Shown: piece by piece, positions 27,708 through 37,652 of the stretch
Position numbering within the stretch: position 1 is the stretch's first letter
Layout of the letters: every line of letters starts with the position of its first letter
Source of the DNA: an uncultured Bacteroidales bacterium
Lineage (GTDB): Bacteria > Bacteroidota > Bacteroidia > Bacteroidales > UBA3824
Direction of reading: 5' to 3'
DNA length: 64,000 bases
Assembly: GCA_947168365.1 (NCBI GenBank)
Contig: CAMVLO010000006.1
Location: 4,833-68,832 of the forward strand
The notes under the pieces: model-generated
What the model was told of the DNA's origin: nothing
The model's input: the letters and a program-made list of their open reading frames with translations, nothing else
Database searches by the model: none
Made by a program: the position numbers and the translations under genes

Positions 27708-28679
27708 ATGCCACTAATTTCAATTATAGTACCGGCATATAATTATGCGCAATATTTACCGGAAACAATCAACTCAATAATAAATCAATCATTTCAAGAT
27801 TGGGAATGTCTGATTGTAAATGACGGCAGCACCGATAATACAGAATCCGTAGCAAAGATATTTACAGAGAAAGACAACAGAATAAAATATTTTTACAAAA
27901 CCAACGGCGGACTCAGTTCTGCACGAAATCACGGTTTAAAATATGCAGAAGGCAAATATGTTTGTTTTTTAGATGCCGACGACATTTTAGAAAGCGATTA
28001 TTTCAAAAACTCATCAACATTTTTGGAAAGTTTAAACGAAGAGTCAGTCGTTTTTGAAAAATTCATCAAATTCTTTGATGACGGTGAAAAAGATTATGAA
28101 TGGTACAAAGATTATAATTACAAAGAAGGGCTTCAAGAAAAATATTACGAAAGATTAGTTGATAAAAACTCGATACCTCCATGCGCACCGATGTTAAATT
28201 TAAGCATAATCAAAAACAATAATTTTATTTTTGATGAAAAACTAACATCATACGAAGATTGGGATTTTTGGCTACAAGTCTCAGAGAAATATAAATTTTA
28301 TTTTATCGACAAAGAAAATTCAGCGGCAAAAATAAGATTTCATTCTAACTCAATGAGTACCAATCAATTCAGAATGGATTACAATCAATTGATAGTAAGA
28401 CTAAAACTCCAAAACAAACTTAAACAAAAAGAATTAACAAAGATAAACAACAAATGGATAGAGAGTTGCATCAAAACACTTCTATATACAATTGCAGACA
28501 ATCTGGATAACCACCTGAAAAACGATGCGTTAACGAAACTAAATAAAATTATCGAAATATATCCGCATCTTAAAATAAGATGTCTTAAAAATACATTTTT
28601 ACTAAAAAATCCAAAACTTTTCAGAAAGACGGCTTGGATTCTTTTGGAAAGATTTTTAAATATAGTTAACAAAAAATAA
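27708..28679 (+). CDS. Glycosyltransferase family 2
   Basis: 'MPLISIIVPAYNYAQYLPETINSIINQSFQDWECLIVNDGSTDNT' and 'FLDADD'. The listed ORF begins at TTG 27675. Confidence 0.85.
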   Translation: MPLISIIVPAYNYAQYLPETINSIINQSFQDWECLIVNDGSTDNTESVAKIFTEKDNRIKYFYKTNGGLSSARNHGLKYAEGKYVCFLDADDILESDYFKNSSTFLESLNEESVVFEKFIKFFDDGEKDYEWYKDYNYKEGLQEKYYERLVDKNSIPPCAPMLNLSIIKNNNFIFDEKLTSYEDWDFWLQVSEKYKFYFIDKENSAAKIRFHSNSMSTNQFRMDYNQLIVRLKLQNKLKQKELTKINNKWIESCIKTLLYTIADNLDNHLKNDALTKLNKIIEIYPHLKIRCLKNTFLLKNPKLFRKTAWILLERFLNIVNKK

Positions 28680-28764
28680 AAAAAGAATCCGTCCAACAGA
28701 AATTTTCATTTCATCGGGCGGATTCGTGTATAGCAGGCAATAAATAATACGATTGAATTAAAGA

Positions 28765-30180
28765 CTAATATCTGTAATGTTCAGCTTTATAAGGACCTTC
28801 AACTTTTACACCGATATAGTCAGCTTGAGCTTGGGTTAAAGTAGTAAGTTTTGCTCCCAATTTTCCGAGATGAAGTCTTGCAACCTCTTCGTCCAAATAT
28901 TTTGGAAGTCTATAAACACCAATCTCATATTTTTTCTGCCACAAGTCTAATTGTGCAAGTGTCTGATTTGTAAATGAATTACTCATTACAAAAGACGGAT
29001 GTCCTGTAGCACAACCCAAATTTACCAAACGGCCTTCTGCCAAAAGAACGATAGAATGTCCGTCAGGGAAGATGTATTGATCTACTTGCGGTTTTACATT
29101 TTCTTTCTTGATACCCGGAATTTTTTCTAGATCAGCTACCATAATTTCATTATCAAAATGACCAATATTGCAAACGATAGCTTTATCTTTCATTTTGCTC
29201 ATGTGGTCAGCTGTAATGATGTCACGGTTACCGGTACATGTTACATAAATATCGCCATAAGGAAGTGCGTCATCTACAGTTGTAACTTCAAAACCTTCCA
29301 TACAAGCCTGAAGAGCACAGATAGGATCGATTTCTGTTACAAGCACACGTGCGCCGAAACCTCTCATACTGCGAGCGCAACCCTTACCGACATCGCCGTA
29401 ACCGCAAACTACAACCACTTTGCCGGCAATCATAATATCTGTAGCACGTTTTATACCGTCAGCCAAAGATTCACGACAACCGTAAAGATTATCAAATTTC
29501 GATTTTGTAACAGAATCGTTTACATTAATAGCCGGGAAAAGAAGTTTGCCTTCTTGATGCATTTGATAAAGTCTGTGAACTCCGGTTGTGGTTTCTTCTG
29601 AAACACCGCGAACATTCTTTACCAAATTGTGCCATTTATCTTTGCTAAATTCCAAACCGAATTTTATACGTTTGTATAATTCTCTTGCGTCTTCGCCGGA
29701 TGGTTCAACATCAAGGATTGATGGATTGTTTTCCGCATCAATACCAAGATGCAACATCAATGTAGCGTCACCACCGTCGTCCACTATCAAATCCGGACCG
29801 ACACCTTCACCAAATGTCAAAGCCTGCTCTGTACACCACCAATATTCTTCAAGGCTCTCTGCTTTCCATGCAAAAACCGGAACACCACGCTCAGCAACAG
29901 CAGCTGCAGCCTCATCTTGTGTTGAAAATATATTACAAGAAGCCCAACGAACTGATGCACCCAAAGCTGTAAGGGTTTCAATCAAAACTGCGGTCTGAAC
30001 GGTCATGTGTAATGAACCCATTATTTTGGCACCTTTCAAAGGCTTTGATTCAGAATATCTTGCTCTCAAAGACATCAAACCCGGCATTTGAGATTCTGCA
30101 AGATCTAGCATTTTGCGTCCTCTCTTTGCCAATCCTAAGTCTCTTACCTTATTAGGCAATGTTAAATCTATTTTTTCCAT
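28765..30180 (-). CDS. ahcY: Adenosylhomocysteinase
   Basis: Full-length match in pattern to SAH hydrolases: 'AESQMPGLM', '[16 protein letters not shown]', '[14 protein letters not shown]', 'NIGHFDNEI'. Confidence 0.95.
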   Translation of the reverse strand: MEKIDLTLPNKVRDLGLAKRGRKMLDLAESQMPGLMSLRARYSESKPLKGAKIMGSLHMTVQTAVLIETLTALGASVRWASCNIFSTQDEAAAAVAERGVPVFAWKAESLEEYWWCTEQALTFGEGVGPDLIVDDGGDATLMLHLGIDAENNPSILDVEPSGEDARELYKRIKFGLEFSKDKWHNLVKNVRGVSEETTTGVHRLYQMHQEGKLLFPAINVNDSVTKSKFDNLYGCRESLADGIKRATDIMIAGKVVVVCGYGDVGKGCARSMRGFGARVLVTEIDPICALQACMEGFEVTTVDDALPYGDIYVTCTGNRDIITADHMSKMKDKAIVCNIGHFDNEIMVADLEKIPGIKKENVKPQVDQYIFPDGHSIVLLAEGRLVNLGCATGHPSFVMSNSFTNQTLAQLDLWQKKYEIGVYRLPKYLDEEVARLHLGKLGAKLTTLTQAQADYIGVKVEGPYKAEHYRY

Positions 30181-30258
30181 TCGATATTATAATTTATTAT
30201 AATTTTGCAAAAATAATACTTATTTTTATGTAATCAAAAATATTTATTGTTCAAGGAA

Positions 30259-31020
30259 TTACTTTCTATTCTGAAGGTTTCTGATTTGTTTCATTCTACT
30301 TGACGCAAATACAAAATTATCAAGCTCTTCCACACCAGAATCAAAAATTCCTTCACTATTACCTTGCCAACGCTTACGACCCTTGTAAATAAAAATGATA
30401 TTGTCACCGATTTCCATTACTGAATTCATATCATGTGTATTTACGATAGTTGTAATATTGTATTCGATAGTAATATCATGAATCAAATTATCGATTACAA
30501 TACTTGTAACAGGGTCTAATCCGGAATTAGGTTCGTCGCAATACAAATATTTGGGATTCAATGCGATAGCTCTGGCGATTGCTACACGTTTTTGCATACC
30601 GCCGGAGATTTCTGACGGGAATTTTTTATTAGCATTTACGATATTTACACGTTTCAAACAATAATTGGCTCTTTCGCGACGCTCTTCAAAACTCATATTT
30701 GTAAACATCTCCAAAGGAAACATCACGTTTTCTTCTACAGTGTTAGAATCGAACAATGCACCGCCCTGAAAAACCATTCCCATTTCTTTACGTATTTCTT
30801 TACGTTGCTTTTCGTTCATTACAGAAAAACTGCGACCGTTGTAAAAAATATCGCCTTTTGATACAGAGTGCAAACCTGCAATACATTTCAGCAACACAGT
30901 TTTACCGCTACCCGACTGTCCTATTGTCAGATTGGTTTTGCCGGGTTCAAATTCGGCACAAATATCATTCAGTACATAATGTCCTGAAAATTCTTTATAA
31001 ACATTTCTTACTTCAATCAT
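30259..31020 (-). CDS. ABC transporter ATP-binding protein (MlaF-like)
   Basis: Walker A 'GQSGSGKT', signature 'ISGGMQKRVAIARA' and Walker B 'LYCDEP'. It lies downstream of an MlaE-type permease. Confidence 0.85.
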   Translation of the reverse strand: MIEVRNVYKEFSGHYVLNDICAEFEPGKTNLTIGQSGSGKTVLLKCIAGLHSVSKGDIFYNGRSFSVMNEKQRKEIRKEMGMVFQGGALFDSNTVEENVMFPLEMFTNMSFEERRERANYCLKRVNIVNANKKFPSEISGGMQKRVAIARAIALNPKYLYCDEPNSGLDPVTSIVIDNLIHDITIEYNITTIVNTHDMNSVMEIGDNIIFIYKGRKRWQGNSEGIFDSGVEELDNFVFASSRMKQIRNLQNRK

Positions 31021-31022
31021 TT

Positions 31023-31763
31023 TTACAACAGCAGTTTAGTTAGAATCAAATTGAAAAGCAATACAACGATACTACTATAAACCACAGCATGTGTACTAGA
31101 TTTTCCAACATCTAATGCACCGCCGTTGGTATAATAGCCGTGATAAGAAGATACCGAAGCTATTATAAATGCAAAAACAAACGATTTTATAATAGAATAT
31201 GTTACATAAAACGGTCTGAACATACTCGTAATACCTACAACATAATCATGCGGAGTAACACCGTTGGTAACGTATGATGCTATATAGCCGCCAAACAATC
31301 CGATTGCCATACTAAAAAGTGTAAGCACCGGAATAAAAAATACGAAAGCCGCTATCTTAGGTAAAATCAAGTAACAAGCCGAGTTAACACCCATCATTTC
31401 AAGTGCGTCTATCTGTTCCGTTACTTGCATTGTACCAAGTTCTGACGCGATATTACTACCGACTTTTCCGGCAAGAATCAATGCTACAATTGTACTAGAA
31501 AATTCCAAAAGCATGGTTTCGCGCGTACCATAACCGATAAGATAACGCGGAATAAGCGGATTTTCAAGGTTGTACGCCATTTGTATACAACAAACCGCTC
31601 CCATAAATATCGAAATAATGAGTACAATTACGATACTGCTCACTCCAATACTTTCTATTTCCCTTACCATCTGTCTGAAGAAAACTCTCCAACGCTCGGG
31701 GCGCGAGAAAACTCGCTTCATCAAGAGAAAATATCGTCCGGTATGAAAGAATAGCTTTAACAT
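31023..31763 (-). CDS. MlaE-family ABC transporter permease
   Basis: About 246 aa with 5-6 TM helices. Has 'TEQIDALEMMGVN', characteristic of MlaE/TtgB-type permeases. Confidence 0.8.
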   Translation of the reverse strand: MLKLFFHTGRYFLLMKRVFSRPERWRVFFRQMVREIESIGVSSIVIVLIISIFMGAVCCIQMAYNLENPLIPRYLIGYGTRETMLLEFSSTIVALILAGKVGSNIASELGTMQVTEQIDALEMMGVNSACYLILPKIAAFVFFIPVLTLFSMAIGLFGGYIASYVTNGVTPHDYVVGITSMFRPFYVTYSIIKSFVFAFIIASVSSYHGYYTNGGALDVGKSSTHAVVYSSIVVLLFNLILTKLLL

Positions 31764-31853
31764 CTGTTATATTACAAATAAATTTTTGTCAAAGATAACA
31801 ATTATTTTTGTTTGACACTGCTAATTTATGTTACGATGTTGACATCGGATTTT

Positions 31854-33077
31854 CTACTGTTCGTCCTCTTCTTCGGGGTCAACATCAGTATACAAAAGAT
31901 CATCGTAAGGATAACGCTCGGTATGAATACGACGCGCCTCGGTATAAACTTTGTCTTTCAGTTCATCAAGATTGATTTTCTTTTTGGCGGAAATAAAAAT
32001 CACAGGAGCTACCGACGAATATTTCAAACGGATGTAATTTTCCATTTCCTCAAGCGAATAGTTGCAAAGTTGACGTTCCGAAAGATCGTCGTCATCAAGT
32101 TTTTCGTAACTGTAATTATCAATCTTGTTGAAAACCAAGAAAGTAGTTTTGTTTTCTTGGGTGATTTCTTTTATAGTTTGGTCTACAGTCTGAAGTTGCT
32201 CTTCAAAATTCGGATGCGAAATATCAGAAACAATCACAAGTATATCAGCCTCACTTACTTCGTCCAAAGTAGATTTGAAAGACTCAAACAAGTTTTTAGG
32301 AAGTTTGCGGATAAAACCTACTGTATCGGAAAGCAAAAACGGCAAATTCTTTACTACGACTTTTCTAACTGTGGTATCCAACGTAGCAAAAAGTTTGTTT
32401 TCTGCAAACACATCCGCCTTAGCCCAAAGATTCATAAGTGTAGATTTTCCGACGTTGGTATATCCCACGAGAGCAACACGAACAAGTTTACCGCGATTTT
32501 TTCGTTGAACATTTTTTTGATTGTTAATACGTTGCAATTCCTCTTTTAAACGGGAAATTCTATCGCGAACAATACGACGGTCGGTCTCAATTTCTTTTTC
32601 ACCCGGACCACGCATACCGATACCGCCTTTCTGACGTTCCAAGTGTGTCCACATACCGGCAAGTCGTGGCAAAAGATACTGATACTGAGCCAATTCTACT
32701 TGAGTTTTGGAATGTGCGGTTTGTGCTCGTTTGGCAAAAATATCAAGTATAAGATTGCTGCGGTCTATGATTTTACATTTTAGAACCTGAGAGATGTTTC
32801 TGTATTGCGACGGCGACAATTCGTCGTCAAATATACAAGCATCTATTTCATTATCTTCCACAAACTGAGCAATTTCCTTCAATTTACCTTCTCCGGTATA
32901 AATTCTCGGATTCGGATACTCAGCACGTTGTGAAAATCTTTTTACACAATCCACATCGGCAGTTTTTGCAAGAAATTCCAACTCGTCGAAATATTCGTTG
33001 AGTTTCTCTTCTGTAATATCTTGCGTGATAAGTCCCACAACTATTGCGACTTCTCTATCTTGTTTTGTTTCGTACAT
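31854..33077 (-). CDS. hflX: GTPase HflX
   Basis: HflX N-domain plus G-domain: 'ALVGYTNVGKSTLMN' (G1), 'DTVGFI' (G3), 'FNKID' (G4). Confidence 0.9.
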   Translation of the reverse strand: MYETKQDREVAIVVGLITQDITEEKLNEYFDELEFLAKTADVDCVKRFSQRAEYPNPRIYTGEGKLKEIAQFVEDNEIDACIFDDELSPSQYRNISQVLKCKIIDRSNLILDIFAKRAQTAHSKTQVELAQYQYLLPRLAGMWTHLERQKGGIGMRGPGEKEIETDRRIVRDRISRLKEELQRINNQKNVQRKNRGKLVRVALVGYTNVGKSTLMNLWAKADVFAENKLFATLDTTVRKVVVKNLPFLLSDTVGFIRKLPKNLFESFKSTLDEVSEADILVIVSDISHPNFEEQLQTVDQTIKEITQENKTTFLVFNKIDNYSYEKLDDDDLSERQLCNYSLEEMENYIRLKYSSVAPVIFISAKKKINLDELKDKVYTEARRIHTERYPYDDLLYTDVDPEEEDEQ

Positions 33078-33090
33078 CGTTCAGTTTTTT

Positions 33091-34734
33091 TTAATTATTT
33101 TCATTTGCACCGAGCAACAAATTAAAAGTGTTGATATCACCAAAAAGCCGCTCGGCTGCTACTACATCAGCATTATAGAAGTTATAATATTTGTAATAAT
33201 TGTCCTCATCGCCTACCACATGATAGCAATACGCCATGATTTGCGATAAAATTAATTTCTTAGAATCCTGAAGTTCTTTTTTATCTTTGCGAGGATTGAT
33301 TTTTACATTGTAACTTGCTGCGAATGATATAAAATCATCAAGCAATTTGGTCTCGTCGCTAAACAATTCTGTAACGTATTTATCACTATTTCTGATAGTT
33401 GTATCTTTCTCGGCCATCAAATTGTATTTACGTGATGCAAATTTGTAAAACAATTGCGCAGAATCTAATTTGTAAAGCAATCCGTTACTAAATTGATATG
33501 AATATGGTACAAAATAATCCGGCATTACACCGCCGCCGGCATATACCTTGCGACCGTGTTTTGTAAAATAAACCGTAGAATCTTTGTAACTGAAAGCATT
33601 TGCGCTATCAAGCTCACCATTTTTCAAACGTTTTTTCAAATCGTTGTCATATTCGGAATACGCTTTCTGAAAACTTCGTCCCGACGGCGTATAATATCTC
33701 GATGTTGTAAGTCTTACAACAGAATTGTCCTGAAAAGAAATCGGAGTTTGAACCAAACCTTTTCCGAAAGTTCTGCGACCGAGAATTATTCCACGATCAT
33801 GGTCTTGAATGGCTCCAACCATAATTTCCGACGCCGAAGCAGAATTGCTGTTAACAATACAAATCACGTTGAGATCTTTACAAATCGGATTTGATACGGT
33901 ATCAATCAAAACCAAAGAACGGTCTTTGTGACGCTCTTCGGTGTAAACTATTGTATCATTGGTGTGTAATATTTCGCTAACAATATCACGAACGGTATAA
34001 AGCAAACCGCCGCCATTGTCACGCAAATCTACAATTAAATTTTGAATTCCGGAATCGAGCAACGGTTTCAGTTTTCCAACAAATTCTTTGTAAGTTCTGT
34101 CACCAAAGGATGTAATTTTGATATAACCTGTTACAGAATCCAATTTGTAACCCGCAGGTACTGAATATGTTGGAATATCTCCGCGAACTACATCAAATAC
34201 CAAGGCAGAATCTATGCCCTGACGATGTACCGTTACTTGTACAACGCTTCCCTCCTCGCCTTTCATAAGATTAGAAACCAAGTTTTTGGCATTGCTGCCA
34301 ACAACATCCACAGTATCGATTTTCAAAATATTATCTCCGGCAAGAATTCCCGCCAAATCGCACGGACCGTCTTTCACGATACTCAGAGCGATACATGTAT
34401 CATTCGAAACATTAAATTCGATGCCGACTCCGCAAAAATGTCCGATGATGTTGCGCTCCACATCGGTACGCTTTTCGGCTGAATAATACTTGGTATGCGG
34501 ATCAAGTTTTGAAAAAATATCCGGTATTATCAGTTCCGTAAGGCTGTCAACATCAATATCATCTACATATCTGTCGTCAATAAGATTGATAACAGTCTGC
34601 AACTTAGACGGTTTGCCATTAAAAAGCGAAAACTCTACCTTATCCTTGTTGGTACTGAAACAAAATTTTCCGACCAACAATCCTAAAATAAAAATAAAGA
34701 TTACTTGAAGCGGTTGATATTTTTTTGAATTCAT
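33091..34734 (-). CDS. S41 family C-terminal processing (tail-specific) peptidase with PDZ domain
   Basis: 'LIVDLRDNGGG', 'VNSNSASASEIMVGAIQD' and 'RRTFGKGLVQ' are the catalytic Ser/Lys blocks of S41. Confidence 0.9.
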   Translation of the reverse strand: MNSKKYQPLQVIFIFILGLLVGKFCFSTNKDKVEFSLFNGKPSKLQTVINLIDDRYVDDIDVDSLTELIIPDIFSKLDPHTKYYSAEKRTDVERNIIGHFCGVGIEFNVSNDTCIALSIVKDGPCDLAGILAGDNILKIDTVDVVGSNAKNLVSNLMKGEEGSVVQVTVHRQGIDSALVFDVVRGDIPTYSVPAGYKLDSVTGYIKITSFGDRTYKEFVGKLKPLLDSGIQNLIVDLRDNGGGLLYTVRDIVSEILHTNDTIVYTEERHKDRSLVLIDTVSNPICKDLNVICIVNSNSASASEIMVGAIQDHDRGIILGRRTFGKGLVQTPISFQDNSVVRLTTSRYYTPSGRSFQKAYSEYDNDLKKRLKNGELDSANAFSYKDSTVYFTKHGRKVYAGGGVMPDYFVPYSYQFSNGLLYKLDSAQLFYKFASRKYNLMAEKDTTIRNSDKYVTELFSDETKLLDDFISFAASYNVKINPRKDKKELQDSKKLILSQIMAYCYHVVGDEDNYYKYYNFYNADVVAAERLFGDINTFNLLLGANENN

Positions 34735-34737
34735 AAT

Positions 34738-35178
34738 TTAATTTTGTTGTATATCAACATCTTGAATATTGATAAAAACTGTAGGAATACCGGCACGTCT
34801 GAGAAGTTCCAATCCGTCTTCAAGCCTGTATTTCTCGCTGTAAACTACACGTTTTATTCCACTTTGTATAATAAGTTTGGCACATTCCAAGCAAGGCGAT
34901 GCTGTAACATAAAGTGTAGCACCTGTAGAATTATTGTTACTTTTTGCAACCTTTGTAATGGCATTTGCCTCGGCATGAAGTACATACGGTTTTGTAGTAC
35001 CGTCGTCGAGTTCGCAAACATTTTCAAATCCCGATGGCGTACCGTTGTAACCGTCGGAGATTATCATCTTGTCTTTCACAATCAATGCTCCGACTTTGCG
35101 ACGGGTACAATAAGAATTTTCCGCCCAGATTCGCGCCATTCTCAAATAACGTCGATCCAATGCCTCTTGCTTGTCCAT
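34738..35178 (-). CDS. dCMP deaminase (CMP/dCMP zinc-deaminase family)
   Basis: 'HAEANAI' and 'PCLECAKLI' zinc-binding motifs. Confidence 0.9.
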   Translation of the reverse strand: MDKQEALDRRYLRMARIWAENSYCTRRKVGALIVKDKMIISDGYNGTPSGFENVCELDDGTTKPYVLHAEANAITKVAKSNNNSTGATLYVTASPCLECAKLIIQSGIKRVVYSEKYRLEDGLELLRRAGIPTVFINIQDVDIQQN

Positions 35179-35195
35179 AATTGTATCAAAAATTA

Positions 35196-35495
35196 TTATT
35201 TAATTTCTTCGTAATCTGTATAATCACCAAAGTTTTTAAGCAAATCTTTTTTTGATTGCTTTTTAGGTTGTTCAGAATTTTTGTAAATTCTTACATTATT
35301 AGCATTTCCACCGGAAGTTTCTTTGTTATTCTGATAGAAATTATTGTAACCGAAGTTTGTGTTTGTACCTTTATTATCAAAGTATTGTTTTTGGTTTGAT
35401 TCTATTCTTTGAGCAATACCTGCAAAAACAAGTCTTACAAGTAACAACACCAATAATATAACCAAAACAAAAAACATAAAAATTGTCAACAACAT
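35196..35495 (-). CDS. Small membrane protein, DUF4834-like
   Basis: N-terminal TM helix, low-complexity middle and acidic 'DYTDYEEIK' tail, as in the small Bacteroidales proteins usually found next to dCMP deaminase. Confidence 0.55.
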   Translation of the reverse strand: MLLTIFMFFVLVILLVLLLVRLVFAGIAQRIESNQKQYFDNKGTNTNFGYNNFYQNNKETSGGNANNVRIYKNSEQPKKQSKKDLLKNFGDYTDYEEIK

Positions 35496-35532
35496 AATTT
35501 TATTCCTTTTTTCTTAAAGATAAAATTCCGAT

Positions 35533-36390
35533 TTAGTTCATAATAATAATCAAATCGGTACGGCGGTTTTTCTTCTTGTTAGCATCGGAATTATTGGCTA
35601 CAAGAGGACTATACATCCCGCGACCTGAAGCGGTATATGCTGTACCGGGAAGTGTGCAATTGCTTGCTATAGTTGTAACAACTGCGGCTGCACGTTTTGC
35701 ACTGAGTTCCAACAATGTTTTTGACTGTCCGTTGTTGTCGGTATTGCTTATTACATGTACACGACATTGGTCAAACAATGTAAAAACGGCTGAAACTTTT
35801 TTTAGAGTTGCCGCACCTTTTACAGAAATTTCGTTGGAAGTAGCGGCTTTAAACAAATAATCATTACCAAATGTTACAACTACGTTAGAACCAACTATTT
35901 GTGCATAAGCCTCACTTTGATTTACACCGTTAAGTTGTTTCTGTATAGTAAGCAACATCGAGTTTAGCTCGTTGACTTGAGACTGATTGAGATTTCTTAC
36001 AGAATCTTCTTGCGAAGCTTTCAAACTAAGAATATTCATCAAGCTGTCGGCAGTACGAGTTTTTTGAGAGAGTTTTGCCTGCTCGGCTTTGTAATCATTT
36101 ATTGTATTTATAAGGCTCTGATTAAGAGTTGCTTTATCGCCTGCAAGTTTCTGATTTTCTTTATTAAGACTATCAACAGTAAGATCTTTTGAAGTATTAT
36201 TGATTTTCAATGAATTGGTAGAATTGTTGAAACCGGCAACAGTTTTATCAAAAACTTTGTTCAACGAATCCAAAGATTTTTTTCCATTTGCAACCGCTTC
36301 ATCATACTTCTTTTTTGTAACAATACACGAATTCATCATAAATGACGAACCTATTACAACAAATATTAATACTTTAGCAATGCGTTTCAT
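35533..36390 (-). CDS. OmpA-family lipoprotein with N-terminal coiled coil
   Basis: Lipobox-like 'FMMNSC', a long coiled-coil segment and a C-terminal OmpA_C-like domain ('SNTDNNG...LSAKRAAAV...NRRTDLII'). Confidence 0.7.
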   Translation of the reverse strand: MKRIAKVLIFVVIGSSFMMNSCIVTKKKYDEAVANGKKSLDSLNKVFDKTVAGFNNSTNSLKINNTSKDLTVDSLNKENQKLAGDKATLNQSLINTINDYKAEQAKLSQKTRTADSLMNILSLKASQEDSVRNLNQSQVNELNSMLLTIQKQLNGVNQSEAYAQIVGSNVVVTFGNDYLFKAATSNEISVKGAATLKKVSAVFTLFDQCRVHVISNTDNNGQSKTLLELSAKRAAAVVTTIASNCTLPGTAYTASGRGMYSPLVANNSDANKKKNRRTDLIIIMN

Positions 36391-36477
36391 TATATATTAC
36401 AATTTTAAAATTTATCAAATGTAGAGATTTTTTTCGAGGAGATAAAATTTTTTAGCAAACATTAATAAAAAATGTTG

Positions 36478-36485
36478 TATTTTTG
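36478..36485 (+). promoter_or_regulatory. Bacteroidota-type -7 promoter box (TAttTTTG)
   Basis: Matches TAnnTTTG, 25 nt upstream of the ATG at 36510. Confidence 0.4.
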
Positions 36486-36509
36486 GGGGAATTATAAAAA
36501 CTGAGAATT

Positions 36510-37598
36510 ATGCTAAAAAAATTAATATTAACACTTGCAATGTCAACCGTATCGGCATTGGGATTTTCACAAACTGTTTTGGAAGGCGTTGTTACAGATT
36601 CCAAGACCGGCGAAGCTATGCCTTTTGTAAATATCGCAATTTCAGGCGAAACTATCGGAACTATTTCAGATATTAACGGAGAATTTAAATTGAGCGTTCC
36701 TGAAAATTTGACTAACAGAAACTTAGCGTTCTCTTCGGTAGGATATTCTCCAAAGTCAATAAAAATTTCTGAAATTACAGATTCGCATTTTGAAATAAAA
36801 CTTCAGCCCGTAGACCTCAAGATAGAAGAAGTTGTAATTACCGACAAAAGCGAGGCAGGAAGAAAAGTTTTGAAAAACGTATTGGAAAAATTCGAAAACA
36901 ATTATGTTAACAAAGATTTTGCATATTCCGGCACTTACAAATCAATTTACAAAAAAGGAACTGTTACAAGAAATTCTACTTACAATTTCAATGCTTACGA
37001 CAGCGAAGGATACAATCGAAGCGAAAAATCGAATGCATACGCAGCTCTCAATTACAAATTTTCTAATATCACAAGAGACTACAAAGTAAATGATTTTGAG
37101 ACCGGTATCAATACTTTTGACTTTACTTCAACATTTGATATCATGCGATACGAACTAAATGTAATGAACAGTTACAATTTTAGCGACTTTGATTTCAAAA
37201 TCAAATCAGAAACCTCGGAACAATATGTAATAGAATTTACATGCAACAAACCGAAACTCGCAAATTCCGGCGCGTTAAACACAGAAAAATATTCCGGAAC
37301 AATTACTGTAAAAAAATCCGACAACGCCGTAACTGCTGCGGATTATACGATGACTGTAAAAAACTTTTCACCGGTAGCACTGTCGCTGAAAAACTCTCCG
37401 CAAAATATCGCAACTATCAATTGTAAACTTAGTTACGCAAAAAACAACAACAAATACGCTATACAATCAATAGAAACCGAAATCGATGTAAAAAACAATT
37501 CGGAAGGAGATTACAAAATAAGTGATAGTATAATATTAAACTCTGTAAACTATAAAATACCTGGAAAAATTTTCGGAAAAGTTTTTTATTCCAGATAA
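36510..37598 (+). CDS. Carboxypeptidase-like regulatory (CarbopepD_reg) domain protein, secreted
   Basis: Signal peptide followed by 'LEGVVTDSKTGEAMPFVNIAISGETIGTISDINGEFKL'. Confidence 0.7.
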   Translation: MLKKLILTLAMSTVSALGFSQTVLEGVVTDSKTGEAMPFVNIAISGETIGTISDINGEFKLSVPENLTNRNLAFSSVGYSPKSIKISEITDSHFEIKLQPVDLKIEEVVITDKSEAGRKVLKNVLEKFENNYVNKDFAYSGTYKSIYKKGTVTRNSTYNFNAYDSEGYNRSEKSNAYAALNYKFSNITRDYKVNDFETGINTFDFTSTFDIMRYELNVMNSYNFSDFDFKIKSETSEQYVIEFTCNKPKLANSGALNTEKYSGTITVKKSDNAVTAADYTMTVKNFSPVALSLKNSPQNIATINCKLSYAKNNNKYAIQSIETEIDVKNNSEGDYKISDSIILNSVNYKIPGKIFGKVFYSR

Positions 37599-37652
37599 TT
37601 TTTTTTATAACTTAGCTTTTGATTTGTGTAGAAAAAAACTAAAAAACATAAT

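Noticed and set aside
30259-31763. MlaE/MlaF-like pair lacking an adjacent MCE (MlaD) gene as a novel system
   Set aside because: Two-gene MlaEF-type operons with the substrate-binding component encoded elsewhere are common, and nothing in the sequence is atypical.
31812-32549. 245-aa ORF on the plus strand
   Set aside because: It is entirely antisense to the well-supported hflX gene and has a low-complexity, Phe/Ile/Lys-rich translation. It is a shadow ORF.
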